From assembly GCA_965206845.1 (NCBI GenBank), contig OZ242221.1, positions 416,001 to 480,000 of the forward strand: a stretch of DNA of 64,000 nucleotides, read 5' to 3'. Source of the DNA: Cenarchaeum sp. Lineage in GTDB: Archaea; Thermoproteota; Nitrososphaeria; Nitrososphaerales; Nitrosopumilaceae. Positions 61,379 to 64,000 of the stretch are shown piece by piece. Below the pieces are notes generated by a model that saw nothing but the letters and a program-made list of their open reading frames with translations, did no database searches and was not told the DNA's origin. Within the stretch, counting starts at the first letter, position 1. Each line of letters begins with the position of its first letter. The position numbers and the translations under genes were made by a program.

Positions 61379-62560
61379 TTGGAACCGAACCATTACGCCG
61401 ACATGTACAACGCGGCCGGCGCGGCGCCCAAGAAGATACGCATCCTGGACAGCACCCTGCGGGAGGGGGAGCAGCACCCTGGAATCACGTTCACCAACAA
61501 GCAGAGGATACAGATCGCGTGGATGCTGGACTACTTTGGCGTGGACCAGATAGAGATCTCGCCGGTGATATCGCCTGACCACCGGGAGGCCACAAGGACC
61601 ATCATAAAGCAGGGGCTTGCCGCAGACATCGTCTCCCACGGCAGGGCCCTCAGAGAGGACATCGACGTGTCAATCGACTGCGGCGCCCGGTGGGTTGCCG
61701 CATACCTCGGGATCTCAGACATACACTTGGCAGACAAGCTGAGGATAACCAGGGAGGAGGCGCTAGAAAGGGCAGTAGACACAGTCGAGTACGCCAAGTC
61801 GCACGGCCTACACATACGCTTTACCGTAGAGGACGGGAGCCGGGCCGACCCCGGGTTCCTGTTGGAGGTGTGCAGGGCCATAGAGGAGGCCGGCGTGGAC
61901 CGGATCAGCCTCCCGGACACCGTGGGGATAATGCGTCCTGCCGGCATGTACCGCTTTGTGGAGGGCGTGCGCAGGCAGGTAAAGGTACCGCTTGACGCGC
62001 ACGTGCACAACGACATCGGCCTTGCGCTGGCAAACGCGCTCGCCGCCTGCGACGCGGGGGCAGACCAGATACACACCACGATCGACGGCATAGGCGAGCG
62101 GACCGGCATACCGTCCCTGGCAGAGGTCGCAGTGGCCCTGACGTACCTGTACAGGTCTCCCAACGACCTTCGCCTGGACATGCTGCAGGATCTGTCGCGG
62201 CTCATCCAGGAGTACACGTCGGTTCCGCCGTACGACTCCAAGCCCATAGTGGGCGAGTGCGCCTACAAGCACAAGGCCGGAACGCACCTTGCCGCAATCC
62301 TGAGGAATCCCGCCGCCTACGAGCCAATCCCGCCCAGAATAGTGGGGAACCAGAGGAGGATCGTCTTTGGCGAGCTGGCAGGAAAGACGGGCGCCGCCTA
62401 CCTCATGGCGCTCCTGGGCCTAGAGAAGAGCGAGAGCGGCGCCAGGGAGGTGGCGGCAGGCCTCAAGGACCTCCGGATGGGCGACATGATAGACATACCC
62501 CTGGAGGACAGGCTGGAAAAAAAGATAATTAACGCCCATAATGGACAGGAGAAGGAGTGA
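61379..62560 (+). CDS. Homocitrate synthase / LeuA-family DRE-TIM protein
   Basis: DSTLREGEQ, PDTVG, HVHND, GIGERTG, HKAGTH; lys-cluster context. Confidence 0.88.
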   Translation: MEPNHYADMYNAAGAAPKKIRILDSTLREGEQHPGITFTNKQRIQIAWMLDYFGVDQIEISPVISPDHREATRTIIKQGLAADIVSHGRALREDIDVSIDCGARWVAAYLGISDIHLADKLRITREEALERAVDTVEYAKSHGLHIRFTVEDGSRADPGFLLEVCRAIEEAGVDRISLPDTVGIMRPAGMYRFVEGVRRQVKVPLDAHVHNDIGLALANALAACDAGADQIHTTIDGIGERTGIPSLAEVAVALTYLYRSPNDLRLDMLQDLSRLIQEYTSVPPYDSKPIVGECAYKHKAGTHLAAILRNPAAYEPIPPRIVGNQRRIVFGELAGKTGAAYLMALLGLEKSESGAREVAAGLKDLRMGDMIDIPLEDRLEKKIINAHNGQEKE

Positions 62561-62564
62561 TAAA

Positions 62565-62732
62565 ATGACCAAATGTGAAGAGTGCGATGCCGACATCACG
62601 GTTCCCACAGACGCCTTGGAGGGGGAGATCATAACCTGCGCGGAGTGCGGTGCAAGCTTTGAGCTTGTCGGCACAGGCAGCGGATTTGACCTAAAGCCAG
62701 CCCAGACCGTAGGCGAGGACTGGGGACAGTGA
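62565..62732 (+). CDS. lysW: Amino-group carrier protein LysW
   Basis: CEEC...CAECG zinc finger and C-terminal EDWGQ. Confidence 0.93.
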   Translation: MTKCEECDADITVPTDALEGEIITCAECGASFELVGTGSGFDLKPAQTVGEDWGQ

Positions 62733-63571
62733 CGCCGGACGTCACCGTCCTTTACGATTCCATCCGGTGGGAAGAAAAGTCCCTGCTGGAGGCAGGAAAG
62801 AGAAAGGGATTAAACATACAGATGATCGACTGCAGGAAGCTGGCCCTGCGGCTGGAGGACGATGTCCCCGGATACGGCACCGTCCTGCAGAGGTGCGTAA
62901 GCTACTACAGGAACGTGCACTCGACTGCGGCGCTGGAGGGCATGGGGGCCAGGGTGGTCAACTCCCTGGAGACGGGCATACTTGCGGGAAACAAGCTCTA
63001 CACGCATATGCTCCTGCAGAGGCACGGCGTGCCGACGCCGCATGCCACCATCGCGTTCTCAAAGGAGGCCGCCCTGGAGGCCATGGACCGCCGGGGCTAC
63101 CCCGCGATAATCAAGCCCACGGTCGGCAGCTGGGGCCGCATGATATCCAAGCTAAACGACAGGGACGCTGCCGACGGGATACTGGAGTACCGCGAGGCCA
63201 TGTACCCGATATACCAGGTCCATTATCTCGAGGAGTTCATCAAGAGGCCGCCCCGGGACATCAGGGCGATCGTGGTGGGGGACAGGGTGGTCGCCGCCAT
63301 ATACAGGGCATCAGGCAACTGGAAGACCAACATGGCGCTGGGCGGAACCGCCAGCCCGTGCCCCGTCACCGGGGAGATGGAGGACATGTGCATCAACGCA
63401 AGAAAGGCAGTCAGGGGCCAGATAGTCGGAGTCGACCTCATGGAGAGCGACGAGCGGGGGCTTGTGGTCCACGAGGTGAACAACACCACCGAGTTCAAGA
63501 ACACCGTGCGGGTGTGCGGGGTGGACGTCCCGTCCCTGATGCTGGACTACCTGCTGGGGGAGGCGGCATAG
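62729..63571 (+). CDS. lysX: LysW ligase LysX (ATP-grasp, RimK family)
   Basis: [40 protein letters not shown]. Confidence 0.93.
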   Translation: MTPDVTVLYDSIRWEEKSLLEAGKRKGLNIQMIDCRKLALRLEDDVPGYGTVLQRCVSYYRNVHSTAALEGMGARVVNSLETGILAGNKLYTHMLLQRHGVPTPHATIAFSKEAALEAMDRRGYPAIIKPTVGSWGRMISKLNDRDAADGILEYREAMYPIYQVHYLEEFIKRPPRDIRAIVVGDRVVAAIYRASGNWKTNMALGGTASPCPVTGEMEDMCINARKAVRGQIVGVDLMESDERGLVVHEVNNTTEFKNTVRVCGVDVPSLMLDYLLGEAA

Positions 63572-63574
63572 GGG

Positions 63575-64000
63575 ATGGACGGCTTTGCCACCACGCCCCG
63601 GTTTGCGATAAAGATGCTTGAGAAGGCGCTCAGGCTGTACACGCCTTCCATGGAGGAGAAGGCCATGGCCGAGTTCCTGGCGGACCGGTGCGACGACCTG
63701 GGGTTTGCCAACATCCGCATAGACGAGGTCGGAAACCTGGTTGCCGTGAAGGGATCCGGATCGCCCAGGACACTCCTGTGCGGCCACATGGACACGGTGC
63801 CCGGCAAGATCAGGGTCCGGAGGGATGGCGACATGCTGTACGGCCGCGGCGCCTCTGATGCCAAGGCCCCGCTGATGGCGATGCTATTTGCGGCAGCGGC
63901 CATCCCGGAGAACAGCGGCACGGTGACGTTTGTGGGAGCGGTGGACGAGGAGGGAAACGCCACCGGCATCAAGAACCTGGTCAACGAGGGCCTGGACATA
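63575..64000 (+). CDS. lysK: [LysW]-lysine/ornithine hydrolase, M20 family (partial)
   Basis: [32 protein letters not shown]. Confidence 0.88.
   Translation, partial: MDGFATTPRFAIKMLEKALRLYTPSMEEKAMAEFLADRCDDLGFANIRIDEVGNLVAVKGSGSPRTLLCGHMDTVPGKIRVRRDGDMLYGRGASDAKAPLMAMLFAAAAIPENSGTVTFVGAVDEEGNATGIKNLVNEGLDI

Overview
This is a high-GC archaeal window that looks like Nitrososphaerota (Thaumarchaeota, Nitrosopumilaceae). Markers include AnirK, rpl15e/31e/39e, a divergent FtsZ, split MetH and LysW-dependent Lys/Arg genes. High GC, heavy IS decay and a giant repeat surface protein suggest a host-associated lineage such as a sponge symbiont (inference). The core backbone (1-25.5 kb, 46.5-50 kb, 61.4-64 kb) is interrupted by two accessory regions. 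The first is a ~24 kb surface-glycan region with three sulfotransferases, three paralogous GT2s, nucleotide-sugar enzymes and a Wzx-like flippase, interleaved with IS5/IS66/IS110/IS481/IS630 elements and remnants. The second is an ~11 kb island inside the lys cluster carrying a TIMP/NTR-like membrane-anchored protein and a 2629-aa adhesin-like protein (beta-propeller plus 14 Ig-like repeats, four with a nested proprotein-convertase P-domain). Other highlights are a structured non-coding leader before an IS110 recombinase (candidate archaeal bridge/seekRNA), a 138-bp MITE, candidate LysM boxes and a back-to-back IS630 pair. All family calls come from motif recognition by eye; no database searches were run.
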